DNA of 64,000 bases. Origin: the human T2T-CHM13v2.0 reference genome, Homo sapiens. The notes below the pieces were generated by a model. The model did no database searches. It saw nothing but the letters and a program-made list of their open reading frames with translations, and was not told the origin of the DNA. Numbering within the stretch: position 1 is the first letter of the stretch; the number at the start of each line of letters is the position of its first letter. The stretch lies in NCBI RefSeq assembly GCF_009914755.1, contig NC_060925.1. One strand, 5' to 3'. The position numbers and the translations under genes were made by a program. Shown here piece after piece: positions 1 to 12,659 of this stretch.

Positions 1-2784
1 GGCAATCGGAATCCAAAGCTTATGCTCTTAGCAGGGGATACATGAAACCTAGCAATTAGAAAGGAGTAGGGGTGAGGAATCAAGATAAATGAGACAGAGA
101 CATAAAGCAAAGCCAGGAATAAGATGAATGCAATTACATGCAGTAGAAATTTCTGTGCATGTGCTTTGGTGGGCTGCTCATTTGGCTGCTGACAGGTGGA
201 AGCCTCCTCTGTCTTTCAGCTCACTTGCTGAGCCGAGATGTTTGGCAGCTCGTGGTGTTGATATGATCAAGCGCAGACAATCAGCAGCACCCATCTCCCT
301 AAATTCTCTTGAGTGTCTTATCATGCAGGTTTTACCCTCAAATTGAGGAAAATAGGTCTCTGAGAATTCTACTGACACAGTTTGGCAAAATTATTTTGCA
401 TTTGTGGTAAAAATGAGATAGAAATACCCCTAATAAAAGGGATGAATCTTTTTCTTATAGAATAATGATTTGGTATTGGCATTAGAGTGTAAACCCAGGG
501 AAAGCTGCAACTTCAGGACTTAGCTTTTCCCTCCCTTTGTGTTCCTAATAGTACCTAGTCTAGTGTCATGCTCATAGCAAGTGAGGAAGAGATATCAATT
601 GCATTGAACAAACATGACTATTGGTGAATGAGGAAGAGTGTCTCCATAGGATCTTCTTGTTACAAGAGGAAGGATCCATTTCTGGGGTGGACTTCCAAGT
701 ATTCAATGGTTCTAGAGCTAATGAAAGGTAGTGTGGAAAGTGCAGTGGAAAAAGCCTGTGCAATGTGAAGTCTGGAATCAGACCTCTGTGGCTCTACCAC
801 TTTGTAACTGTGCAGTCTTAAGTAAGTCCCTTAACCTCTCTGAATCTCAGACTAAAAAATGGAAAACTCTTATCATGTGAGCATGAGAAGCCTACAAGGG
901 AGGATGTTCCAGAGCCTGGCATTTGGTAGGTGGTTCCCAAGTTCCATTCATTCCATCATCTGTTTATTCAGAACATACTCAAGGGGCATCTGCTGTGGGC
1001 CAGGGTCTGTGCTCTGTTCTGGGAATACGACAGTGAACAAGACAGACCACCTGGTAGCTTCCATCCTCTTCCTTTGCTTCCTTGCCAGAGGATGGTAGTT
1101 TCTGCAGCAGGTATTTAATAATAGGGATACCCTAAGTCCAAGTTGTGGAGGGGACAGATGGCGGTGGGGTGAGGGGAGCAGCAAGAAGATTGGAGAAAAC
1201 TCAGGGAAGTAAGGATCCTGTACTGAGAAACGTCCTCCTCTGTCCAAATTTCCCTGTATCCCAGCCTCTTGTGAAGCCAGGAGCCCAGTCAGGCAGTGAC
1301 AGAGGCAAGACTCATCTAACTGCTCTGTCCCACATTGGAGCTCACCAGGGCCATATTGTTGCTTTTACTGAGAAAAGACACATTTTTCACTGCTAGACAC
1401 TCGAGTGCCTCCAGGGTTCTAGGTTTGCATTTCAGAGAGAAGAGGAGGATGGTTTAAAGTTAGTAAAAAGCTCTGGTGCACTCCCCAGGCCCAAGGGTGC
1501 ACTCCCCAGGCCTGAGGCCCACTGTGTTGTTGAAAATGACACACTAATTACATGCAGACCTCAGCACTGCACTCTTCTCCTCTCCTCCTGACTCCTCATG
1601 GTGTTATGTTTGCATTTTTCTCACCCTCAGGACCAGCTTTTGCATCTCTCCATTCCATCTGGGAAGGGTGTGTGTGTGTACATGTGTGCGGTGTGGATGG
1701 GGGACCCACAAACACTGTGAACTCAGAGGCTGCTAAGTCGGGACTAACAATCTTCCCAATTATGATCTCTTTGAAGCTGTAAGCACACACTATGTTTACC
1801 AACATGCACTTGTTTACATGTTTTGTTTTACAAGTCCCAGGCCCCATTCTCCCTTGTGTGTTGGCTGTCCATGTTAGACTGGAGGCACTCTGAAGGCAGG
1901 GCCTGCACCTCATCCTTCAGGAGGCTCTACTCTTAGTGCCTGGTATAAGGTTGAAGACCCAGAACTCTCCTGGTCCCATTATCATGGAAATAGTGAGCAG
2001 CAGTTTGCTTGCATGCTCAGTTGAGATGTCAGATGGATACTTGAGTTATTCTCATCTATTTCTCTTACCAGAGAGAAGAAGTGTCACCCACACATGTTGG
2101 AACACCAGAACGTAAAATAGATGAAAGTACAGAGGAGGGGAGGAGGCATGACCTCCTAGGGTTAAGGGACCCCTAAGGATTAGGAGTCCTAAGATCAATT
2201 CCCTACCTCTCAGGCTTACTGTGGAATTGTGATGTTTCTGCTGCCTCTGGACTTTGTCTGCCCAGCTACTGTTCTCCCCTAGGCAGGGCCCGCCTTCTTG
2301 TCTTACCTGCACTGGATCTAAAAGCACACACTATCTGGCATCTTTCCCTTTATTTACCTTTAATCCTTTAACTGAAAATGACCAAAAAAAAGCAACCATA
2401 AAACCCCTTCTCAAGGCATGGTGAAACATTCCTTTTTAAGCAAGCCTATGCTTTTCACTACACTAAAAGGTTGATGAGGACAAGGATCATGTCTTTCTCA
2501 CTTATTATGTTATCCCCCAGCACTTACCACAGTGCCAGGCCGTGCTTAATACGTTTTGTACAAGCACAAGAATGCACTTTGTATACATGAATGTACAAAC
2601 ACATGAAGAACATGTATTAAGCATGGAGGCAGAGGAGGATCTCATTCTTCTGAGACCTCCCTTCTCTCCTGGGAAGGGGTCCTAACTCATGGAGTACACT
2701 AGCTGCCTCCAGTTGGAGGAAAGCTGTATTCTGAGGTCTTGGGGCTAGGGGGCAGTGTTCACCTGCTGGTATAAGCCACGGTAT

Positions 2785-2787
<3 letters not shown>

Positions 2788-2835
<48 letters not shown>
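2788..2835. repeat. (GT)24 microsatellite
   Basis: Uninterrupted GT run. Confidence 0.97.
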
Positions 2836-2838
<3 letters not shown>

Positions 2839-2989
2839 GTTGATGATGATGACTGGTACATTAATAAGCTCTGGCTCCAGAGAGAATTCTAAAACTCCCT
2901 CAAAACAACTTAGCTCATCTTTCCATGAGTACCATTCTTAAATATGCCCTTAAAATGTTATTCTGCATATATGCTGCTGAACAATCGGG

Positions 2990-3182
2990 TTTATTTAAAG
3001 ATTTAAGGTTTTTTTAATTCAGTAAACTTTATTTATATATAACAACAGTACAAATTGTGTCCTCAGCTTGCAAAATAGGAGTGTTTCATATTTACAATAG
3101 GTACACAATAATATATTAGAATAACAAAAAACCCCACTTTATTGGAACATTTTAAATACTTAATTTTCTTACAGTTTTTATT
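2990..3182 (-). terminator. Distal polyadenylation signal cluster
   Basis: Minus-strand AATAAA at 3177-3182, 3138-3143, 3028-3033 and 2990-2995; ATTAAA at 3013-3018; upstream UGUA motifs. Confidence 0.8.
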
Positions 3183-6100
3183 CCACAACACCTGTAAAAA
3201 CAACAAAACCAGACAACCATCATTGTATTTTCTTAAAAATATATATAATACAGATTCCAGTGTGTCAAGAGGAGTGGGTTTGAGCAGGAAAAGTTGTGGG
3301 GAAAGGCAGGTGGGCTCCGGCCCCTAGTCTCATGGGATAGAGAGCTTGTCCCTTCTGCCCTTACACACGCAAGAATATCTGTTCTGTTTGGGGGGAGTAT
3401 TTCCATTCTGCCTGCCACCTTCCATGCCAAGATGAAGGCCAAATAAGTCAAAGTGAGGACTTTGAAATGCAGAAGATGTTTCCCACCTTCCTTGAGGCCA
3501 GGGTAGGAGGGAGCAGGCTGCACTGCAGCAGAAAGAAGACAGCTCAGGCTGAAGGGAGAGCTTCTCTGCTGTGAGAAGAATGAGATGTGGGTGTCCACGA
3601 GAGGCTGAGGAATCTCCAGTTTGCTTATTGGGTGGAGGCCCTGTATGCCAAGCAGTGGCTGTGATCGTGTCTCAGGACTTTCCCTAGCACTAGTTAGAAA
3701 ATACCAAGAGTGAAACTTTATCCCTCATTCATGGGGATCACTGAGCTCCAGATACTAAAACGTCACACTTCAGGGAAACTAGGGAAGAGAGACTGAGTTA
3801 TGGAAAGGATGCTACCATTTTTCTCAAAGCATGTTCCTGAGACAAGGCGTCGGAAGGCCCTGAAGTTCATCTCCCAAGTTCCCCGTCGATCTGCTCCCAC
3901 AGCCCTGTGTCTGTGAAGCCACTTTGCATTTTCTCACCCACTGAGCCTCCTGAGTCTCAATTCTTTTCTCTCTGTGCCCAGGCCCCAGGAGTCTCATGCA
4001 AGACACAGCGTGGCTGGGAAAAAAAGACGGCCTCTCCTGGAGCAGCTGCTGGATCAGTATTTACCAGGAGCAGGTTAATGGGGGCAGGCGTGGCAACCGG
4101 GATGCACCTGGAGATTTATCAGCCAGAAGCTTTCAAATGCTCCCTATTTGTTCTGCCCAGGCCATTCTTCGTCCAGCACTCATCCATTGCTTCTGTTTCA
4201 CGCTCAGCAGGGCCAGGGGTCTTGACTGCTATTTCCTGTCCTCATTTGGTGGAACTGAAGGAAGGTCAGAAGCTCAAGCAGCAGGTGAAGTGCAGCCAGA
4301 AGAGATGGTGGCAGTAGAAACAAGAGCAGCTCTCATCGCTGGGGGAATGGCCCCAGAATAAGGTAAGGCAGCTGGGTTGGTCTGCTTTCTTCCTTTGCTG
4401 GACCACTTTTCCTACAAAACTGGTACCCTGTGCCACTAGGGGAGGAGAACTGTTGCCTGCTAAGTTGGTGGCAGGAACCAGCTTCCTGAAGGATATAAAT
4501 TCGCTGGAAGAAAGACCTTGGTTTTGTTCCATGCTGTTTTCCCATCTCTAGAGCAGTGGCTGGCAGACAGTGGCTACTCAAGAAGGTTCCCAGATGAATG
4601 AATGCAGGAAACAGTTCCCTCCTCCAATGAGATTAACAGCTGATCCATGCTTTTAATGACTGAACTCTGTAAAGAGGGGAACCCTCTGCCAATGGGGGAT
4701 CAAAATGGTTTTGAGAGCCCTGCTGTGGAGAGAGGTAGGACAGCAAGCACAGAAGCACCTGACCCCATGCAGAGGACGGGAGGCAGCAGCAGGGGCCAGC
4801 TGGAGGGAGTGCTCTCCATTGCCCATTAGCATCCTCTGTCTTGCCAAGCACCCTTCTGGGGTCCTCTTCCTTTTCCAGAGCATTGTCTCTTGTGCAGATC
4901 AATGAAACGAAGCGAAGCTGGATAGACTTTGGAGAGAGACTTCCCTCTCTGCCTCCCCGAAGATGAATGGCTTCTTGTGGAGAGGAGCTGTGGCTTTAAC
5001 ACTTCATCCTTACCCAAGGTCAAAATATCCTCAAATTGGATAACAGGGAGAAGAGAGGCCAACCAACTCCCTCTTTTTCTCATCCAAAGGGTGTGGACTT
5101 CATTGGTTCTTGGTGGCCCAAAGCGAAGAGGTGTGGAGGAGGAACAGGTGGGCAGCTGGAAAGGGGGCAGGGCCTTATAACCTTTCACCCTCATGGCGTG
5201 GCTTGAGTCCAGCTTTTTCCCTTTTCTTAATTCCTTCCTTAAGGATGCCCCAGGCTACTTCCTTTGTCAGCCCAAGTTCCCCAACTCTCTCATGGAATCC
5301 TGAGAAATGTGGCCAAACCACTCACAGCCAGCTCCGGCTCTTCACTCTCCACCCTCCAATTGGCCATTGCCCCATCATTCTCCACGCTCTCCACAAACCT
5401 TCAAGGAAACGCCCCAGGGGCAGTGAATCGTCTCCAAAAGTAACTGCTGGGAGATGCCAGGTAGATGCATTGAGTTAAGGGCTGGTAGAGATGCTACTGA
5501 GATGTCCGACTGCCTTTAACTTCTTGGTGGAGCAAAGCCTGGATGCCAGTCTGAGCAGCCATGCGGCCAGAAAATCTTCACCCAAACAGAGCTCAGAAGT
5601 TAGATGGGGTGGGCTGAACTTTTTTACAGGTAGCATAAGGTCTCCTGGTCACACTCTTCTTACCTATATCTCCTTTCCTTTTATCTCCATAAATTATGGG
5701 CTCTGCGCTGATAAGCTTTGAGTGCTATGAAGAGCAAACACTTTGGCTTAGTGCGGAAGGCCAGTCATTAGTATTTCCTTCAGGCTACTAATAGGGCCTG
5801 AGAAACTTTAAAGAAGTGGATTTTCAAAAGAAAGTGGCCTTGGCATGGCTGGTTGTGAATTATAATGAAAACAGCAAGTTTCCTGAGTATTTTGCTGAAT
5901 GCTTTTCTCTTCCCATTTGTCAGCCGCATTCAGGCAAGAAACTAGAGCTGGGGAGACCGGGCAACGTCTGCTGTGTGGTTAGACAGCGATCCAAAGCTAC
6001 ACGCCAAGGATGGAAGCCAGACCTCTGCGCTCCCCTCCCCCAGCCCTCTCCTGGGAATCACATGTGGTCAGCAGGGCCTTTGGAAATTGGAACCACTTGG

Positions 6101-7593
6101 AGGTAAAGCAGGGCACGGAGAAGCTGGAGCCCAGAGTTAATAACAGAGAAAATGACCCTGGTCTAGTCTCTCTTGGAGGAGCTGGTCTAGCTTCCCAGCA
6201 TCATAGCCTAGGATTCCTGACCCTTTGAAAAGTGAGGAAGGGCAGCTTGTTCCTCTTTGTCTTCCCCAGTCCCACACCTTTGCTTCCACTTGTCCTCCTA
6301 CCCCCTGACTCCAGTGCTGCTTGCAGAACAGTTGGAGCTGGCTGCTCGGATCCAAGGTAATGTGGGAGGCCTGGACACTCTGATGGCTATCCTGGCCACC
6401 AAGGTCCTGACACTCACAGAGCGCCTTTCCTCTCGATGACTCCCACTGGCTTCTATGGGGCCTTTGGACCTGGGCATGGAGCTTTGGTCTCTTTGTTTGG
6501 AATCTACACTCAGGAGAATTGGTTATCCATAGTTTTAGGCATCATCAGAAGAGACAGAGAAGGAAAGTCCAGTGAGAAGTCATCCACTTGTCCTTCACAC
6601 TCACAAGTCCGTGAGAGGCAGAAAGAGAGGCAGAAGGTAGTAACGTGGGCATGCCACAGTCATTTCTACTGAGGAAGTGCTGTAGGCCCAGATGGTCAGG
6701 AGCTTCCGTATATGAGCGAAGGGTGGTCTCCCCTCTCCAGGCACGAGAGAATGAAAGAAAGAAAGCATAATAATAAATACTGCAGCTTCTGTAACCTATG
6801 CTCTTCAAGTATTGCTTGCTGTAAACAGTGTTTGATTTTTGTTTTCTTTTTAATTGCCAGGGACCACTGGATGATTGGAGTGAACTCCAAAGTCAAACAC
6901 CTATGTCTCCAAATCAACTTTCAAATGGAACCTCGTGGAGGCCTGGCCCACACACCTCCAGGCCGTTTCCCCAGGGTGCCTGGTTTATGACAGGGATTGA
7001 TATGAGGCAGGGCTGCCAGGTGTCTGGTCTGGGAGAGGCCCACCTCACCCCACTTCTCATAGTAACTTTAGGGAAATTGAAAGGAAACATATCAAAGACC
7101 AGCTCCTCATTTGTTGAGGTTTAGGATTAAATAAAACAAAACAAAAAACAGTAGCAAAAAGCATTGGTACTATCTAGGTACACATCTCCTCTCAAAAGAT
7201 GAGAATATACAGGTGTGTGGTAGATAAAGCTCAGTTTCCAGTCAGCCAGGGTGAGCTCTTGATGGCTTTGCAATTTGTGCAAAGTTCTGGAAGTTCCATA
7301 CTCCTCTGGCTGCCGGGATAATTCCAGGTTTTACTGGCCTCTGTTTTTGCGAAGTGTTTGGTGCATACTTGTGCTCATCATTCTTCTTCTCCTCTTTCTC
7401 TTTTTTTTTTTTTTTTTAATTTCAAGGAAAAGGAGACAGTCATTTTCTCTCCAATGTCTCTCAGCATCTCTGCTTTCTCTGGCATTTGGAAATAGGCATT
7501 ATATAAAGAAGGAGGAACGGGAGAAAAGAAGGAAGGGAGACAGAAATCAGAATTAAACAAAAGTTGGACGGGATTAACAGGGCGGCTTTTTGT

Positions 7594-7599
7594 TTTATT
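7594..7599 (-). terminator. Candidate proximal poly(A) signal
   Basis: AATAAA ~390 nt after the stop, with UGUA at 7659-7662 upstream and U-rich UUUUGUUUAAUUCUGAUUUCUGU downstream. Confidence 0.5.
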
Positions 7600-7990
7600 T
7601 CTGTTTTTTTCCCTTTTTCTTAAAAAAATTAAATAAAGTTCTCATTATTTCCCCAATATACATCAAATGAGTTTTCATGCAAAGCAGCAGTCACAGAGGC
7701 AGAACTGTCCCCAGCTCGTGCCTCTCGGCTTGAAGAACCACCTTCTCCCGGCCCCGGGTTCTCTGGTGTTCTCACTGAGGATGGACGACGCCCACTGTCT
7801 CTCCCAGCTGGAACTGGCTATGACGAAACTTGGCTGGCGTAGGGAGAGGAGTCCTCCCCTCTCCCCAGGATGGGGTCTCAGGGGACAGCAAGCTCTGGGG
7901 CCTGATCCCCATCACTTGTCCTTCCATCTGAGACTCCCAGTGTGACAGCTTGGACAGGTCCCTCTTCCCAGGAATGCGAGGCTCCTCCTC

Positions 7991-8086
7991 TCAGCTCTCA
8001 ATGGACATGGCATTAATGAGCTGCTCCACCTTATAAGCCAGCCGCTGCCGCCGTGCCTGCTCATCCTGCTCTAGGGCCCCGATGAG
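7991..8086 (-). CDS. PLXNA2: Plexin-A2 terminal exon, coding part
   Basis: cag|CTC ATC...AGC TGA; [32 protein letters not shown] recognise this C-terminus as plexin-A2 rather than A1/A3/A4. Confidence 0.96.
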   Translation of the reverse strand, partial: LIGALEQDEQARRQRLAYKVEQLINAMSIES

Positions 8087-8687
8087 CTGAGGAGCAAAAA
8101 CAAAGGCAGGAAGACTTCAGGACTCAGAATAGAAGACACCATTTTCTGGAGTCGTTCCCTCTTTGCCCTCTGTCTACCTTTCCATTCTGCCTTCATGCAC
8201 ATAACCTTAAATAATTTAAATGATTAACTGAATGAATACATGCACACACACCTATATATATGTATGTATGTATGGTGTTTCAAACATTCTCTGGCATAGG
8301 AAGTGCTATGCAAGTGTTAATTATTGCTACTACTACTACTACTTTCACGTTCAATGCTAAAGAAGCTTTGTGAGTTTTCCAAAGGTATCCTAATCAATCT
8401 CTATTCATATTAGGGTCCACCTGTCTATCTGAAATGTAACTGACAGGATCTGCCCGAATGCAAAGAATAGTTCGATTCATTAAGAGAGAATGAAATTAAT
8501 TATACCATACTTTGAACTGAAAAACAAATGATTAAAAGTGTTATTTATTGTGTTAACAATGAGTGAAAGACAATGAAGTGTATAAAGCCTTCAGTGAATC
8601 AGGAGTTGAGTTGCCTCATAAAGGAATGATAATTTTCGAGCTCATGGGCTTCTGACTCCCTGAATGTGTTTTCTAAATTGCCATCTA

Positions 8688-8942
<255 letters not shown>

Positions 8943-9124
8943 TCAGCAAACATTTACCTATAGCTACCCCGGGCCCAGGTCCTTCGAGGGCACTGATGTA
9001 CCCAGTTGCTCCTGCCTCCCTATTTCTCTTCTGATGTGGCTTCCTCTGGCCTCTTGCTTCATGCTGAGGTTGAGGCTGAAGGCCAGAGTTTCTTCAGTAG
9101 ATTCCATCTAGCCGAGAGCTCGTG

Positions 9125-9395
9125 GCTGCGGTGCCCAACAGAGTGGTTAAAAGCCCAGACTCTCACCAGGCTCTTTGTGTTCAAATCCCAGCTCTGCTAC
9201 CTGCTAGCTGTGTGACGCAGGGCAAGTTATTTACCCTCTCTGTACCTCAGTTTCCTTATCAGTAAAATGGGGATAATAATAATACTGGCTTCACAACTCT
9301 GCTGGACATTTTAATGAGATGATACACACAAAATCTTTATCAGAATGCTGAATGCTTAGCACATGCTCAATGAATAGTAATTAGGATGATAATCA
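9125..9395 (+). mobile_element. MIR
   Basis: MIR core: TTCAAATCCCAGCTCTGCTACC...GGGCAAGTTATTTACCCTCTCTGTACCTCAGTTTCCTTATCAGTAAAATGGGGATAATAAT. Confidence 0.85.
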
Positions 9396-9577
9396 TCTGA
9401 CTTCCACGGGCACAAAGCCACCCTTCCTCCCGCAGCAGGGGGTGTGGCAGGGAGGGGAGTGGGAGGTCCTGAAGAGATGACAGACACCGTCGTCTGAGTC
9501 CTTAGTCAGTGATGACTATAGAGCGGGGAATGGGCAGGGAGACAAGGGCATGGGCCTGTCCTGAGGGTGCTACTGAC

Positions 9578-9790
9578 CTCTCCACCCAGCTCTTGTAGCT
9601 GGGGATGTCCTTGGCATAGAGCAGCTTGTTGGAGGGGGAGTCCTTGCCCAGCCGGTGCTCTGACGTTGAACAAGAGTCCATGAAGGTCTGGGCCACCACA
9701 GAGAGGCAGGCGTCCGTGATGCTGCCCTTGTGGATGTCAAACACGAACTGGGGGTTCTTAATCACGTTCACCCAGAAGCGCAGAGGGAGG
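9578..9790 (-). CDS. PLXNA2: Plexin-A2 exon 30, GAP C2 segment with LPLRFW motif
   Basis: cag|C CTC...GAG AG|gtcagt; 213 nt; [21 protein letters not shown]...[22 protein letters not shown](R). Confidence 0.97.
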
Positions 9791-12332
9791 CTGTGGGGAA
9801 AGGCAGAGAAGACTTGAGAATGCATGCGGGCCGTGCCCCTTCTGCTGCCCACTGATATTCTTCCCCATCAAAGGTCAAATTGTCCACCTGAAGGGGCAAA
9901 GGAGTAAAATGGAAGAAAATGGGTCCAGCCAGGGTTAATTTAGCCAAAGCTGTTACTGACCTGGGAGAAATGGAAGGAGAGGCACTTTGTACCCTAATGG
10001 GGGCACTGACCCTGATCTCTAACATCCGAGGGGTGGGCCTGGGTGTGTTCTGTTCCCTTCTGGGAGACTTTTCTAAAGGCCTCTGTGCCCCTAGGCAAGC
10101 CCAAGAACAGAGGACAGCACATTTTCTCAGGGCTTCACACAAAGCCACCAGGCTCCTGGAGTCCCTTCACAGTGCCCGTGGCCATTGTCCGGAAGAAGGC
10201 AGCCAGGAGCCCCAGGCTCAGCCTCGGAGCGGGCACAAAGGGCTCCACCTGCGCTCCCCGCCCAGCCCGGCTGCCCAAGCTACTTCCCAGGGCTGGCCTG
10301 GCCTGGCTGGGCCGAGGAATGGGCTCCCCTGGGGGAAGTTCTTTCATGACTCTCCCCAGGGCGTACTTGTATCTGGGCAGGGGCAGAGGGAGAAGTGGAG
10401 GCCATTGTTGGCATCCTGGGAATGACTCACTGTAGCTCAGAGATTTTCCCACCCCAAGAGGAACCGATCAGTAGTTAGGAGACTTCCTTCTGCAACTCGG
10501 GAATTTATAACCAGAGGAGAATGAGTTTTCTCTGCTCCTTAGACCATAAAGCAAATAAGCCCATTTACTCTCCTTCAAAATCAGAACAGCTGCTGCTTTT
10601 ACTTCCTTTTCCAGCTTTGCCTTCTCTTCCAGCTGCCTTCTGGGCTTTAACTCTTTTGACTCCTCTGTGGAACCGGTCCTGTCGCAGGCTTGTCCTCCAG
10701 CCTGAGATGATGTTCCCAGCTCCCCAGCTTCTTCTTCTCTCCCCTCCTTCATCTTCTCTTGACTCTCATGGGCCCCAAACTTTCCCAAATGTCTCAGTAG
10801 TGCCAGGTCTTGGGGAAGATCTGCTTTACCCAGCCTCAAGCCCTTCCACGATGATTTCTGCCTATCTTCCAAAACACAACAGGATCCCTCACTTTCCTCT
10901 AGCCTGGGAGAAGCTGCTGCAGCTGAGAGCTGACTCATCTCTTCTACCCTCCCCTTCTTCTGGCAGCCTTGGGTAGTTTCTGGTAATCTTTCCCTGGACA
11001 TTTGCTATTGAGGTCTGGTTAAGGAAACTCTCTCCACACCACGATGCCAGGGTAGTCCATTTCTATTACTTGGATCTGGCCAGCACACAGAAGGCACAGA
11101 GATGCGGATAACCCTGGACTTTCTCTTGATTTCCCCTGAAGTGCCCTCTCCCAGCGCTGGGCCGGGGATGCTCCAAAGCAAAGGGGACAGGCATGTGCTG
11201 TCCAGGGAATGCAGATGGAAGGCCTGTCCTGGCAAAGTGGACTGTGGGCTCTTAACCCCAGGGCCACCCCAGCCTGTTCGTTTCACTCCACTGTGATCAA
11301 AGCTGCAGACTGAGGAAGGCTCAGCGACCACAAGACCCGGGAGGAGGAAGGAAGAGATGGGGCTGGGGTTGGCTTTTTCCAAAGTGTTTTGTTGGTTGCT
11401 AGGACTTTTGATTCCCAAATAACAGCCTGGGCCCATCTGTGTCGGCTCTGTTTTCTGAGGAGACCGCTGACTCCAGACAGCTGCGTGGGCTGCCTGCCCA
11501 ACCCAAATGCCTGGACCTCCCCTCTCCCCTCTCTGTGCTCTTTCCCAAAGGAAGCCTTTTGATGCCAGCTCTTGGCCGGGTCCTGTCTGACCTGAAAGCC
11601 AGTCCTTAGCTTGGTCTGTGGTCCAGGTTCAAAACCCATGAGGATAAAGTCTCATACCAGGGGCCTGAGGGCTTCTCCCACTGCTGGTCTGGTTGCAGAG
11701 ATGACTTTAGGGGAGAGAGTCATGCCTGCAGGGCATTCTGCCTGCTGCTTCCTGAAAGCTATGGCGCCAGGATAATCACTTGGCCTTAAGAGATCAAGTT
11801 TGCAATGAAATCCTCCCTGTCAGTGGGCTCAAGTCTATAGCAGGTGTGAACTCCCTCTCCGGTGCTGACCAACTTCACCGGGCGTCTCAGTTTAATTCAG
11901 GGATTCCCCATCTCAGGAAGTGCCTTAGAACTGCCCCACTCAGAATGCCCCACGATGTCTGGCTGTGAAGCTCTGCTGCAGGCTTCAAATGCAGCTCTTT
12001 GCATAGGTTCCCCCAGCTCCCTTCTCCTGAGAACCAGAGATCTCAGAGCCAGGGGAGGAGGCTCTTCTTGGGGTACTGGTCACAACCTGGAGGGGCAGAA
12101 TTCAAGGGTGCATCCTATTGCTGTGCCTCAAGCCAGGCAGGCCCCACTTGGCACAGGCAGCTGGGGACCGTGTGGGCTCTGCAGAGCATATGTGCACTGT
12201 TCCAGGAGCTTTGGATCACCCAGCCCCAGCCGAGAATAGGCTATCCTCCCACCCTCCCATCTCCTGGTCCTCATCCCTCTTAGCTCCAGGCCTCTCCAGG
12301 CTGCACCTCCTGCTGAGCTCCCCGAGGGTTTA

Positions 12333-12659
<327 letters not shown>

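Larger units (their letters stand above)
2985..7990 (-). other. PLXNA2: PLXNA2 long 3'UTR (~5 kb); distal end approximate
   Basis: Follows the stop codon, has no recognisable interspersed repeats, contains AU-rich blocks, and ends in a poly(A)-signal cluster. Confidence 0.8.

Noticed and set aside
6849-6854. ATTAAA just upstream of the miRNA hub (also 7415-7420) as poly(A) signals
   Set aside because: Both are followed by genomic A-rich tracts rather than U/GU-rich elements, so any 3'-end reads here would be suspect for internal priming.
7770-7993. Possible stop-codon read-through extension of PLXNA2
   Set aside because: The frame stays open for about 70 codons, but the context is TGA-GAG rather than the TGA-CTAG read-through motif, and the peptide looks random.
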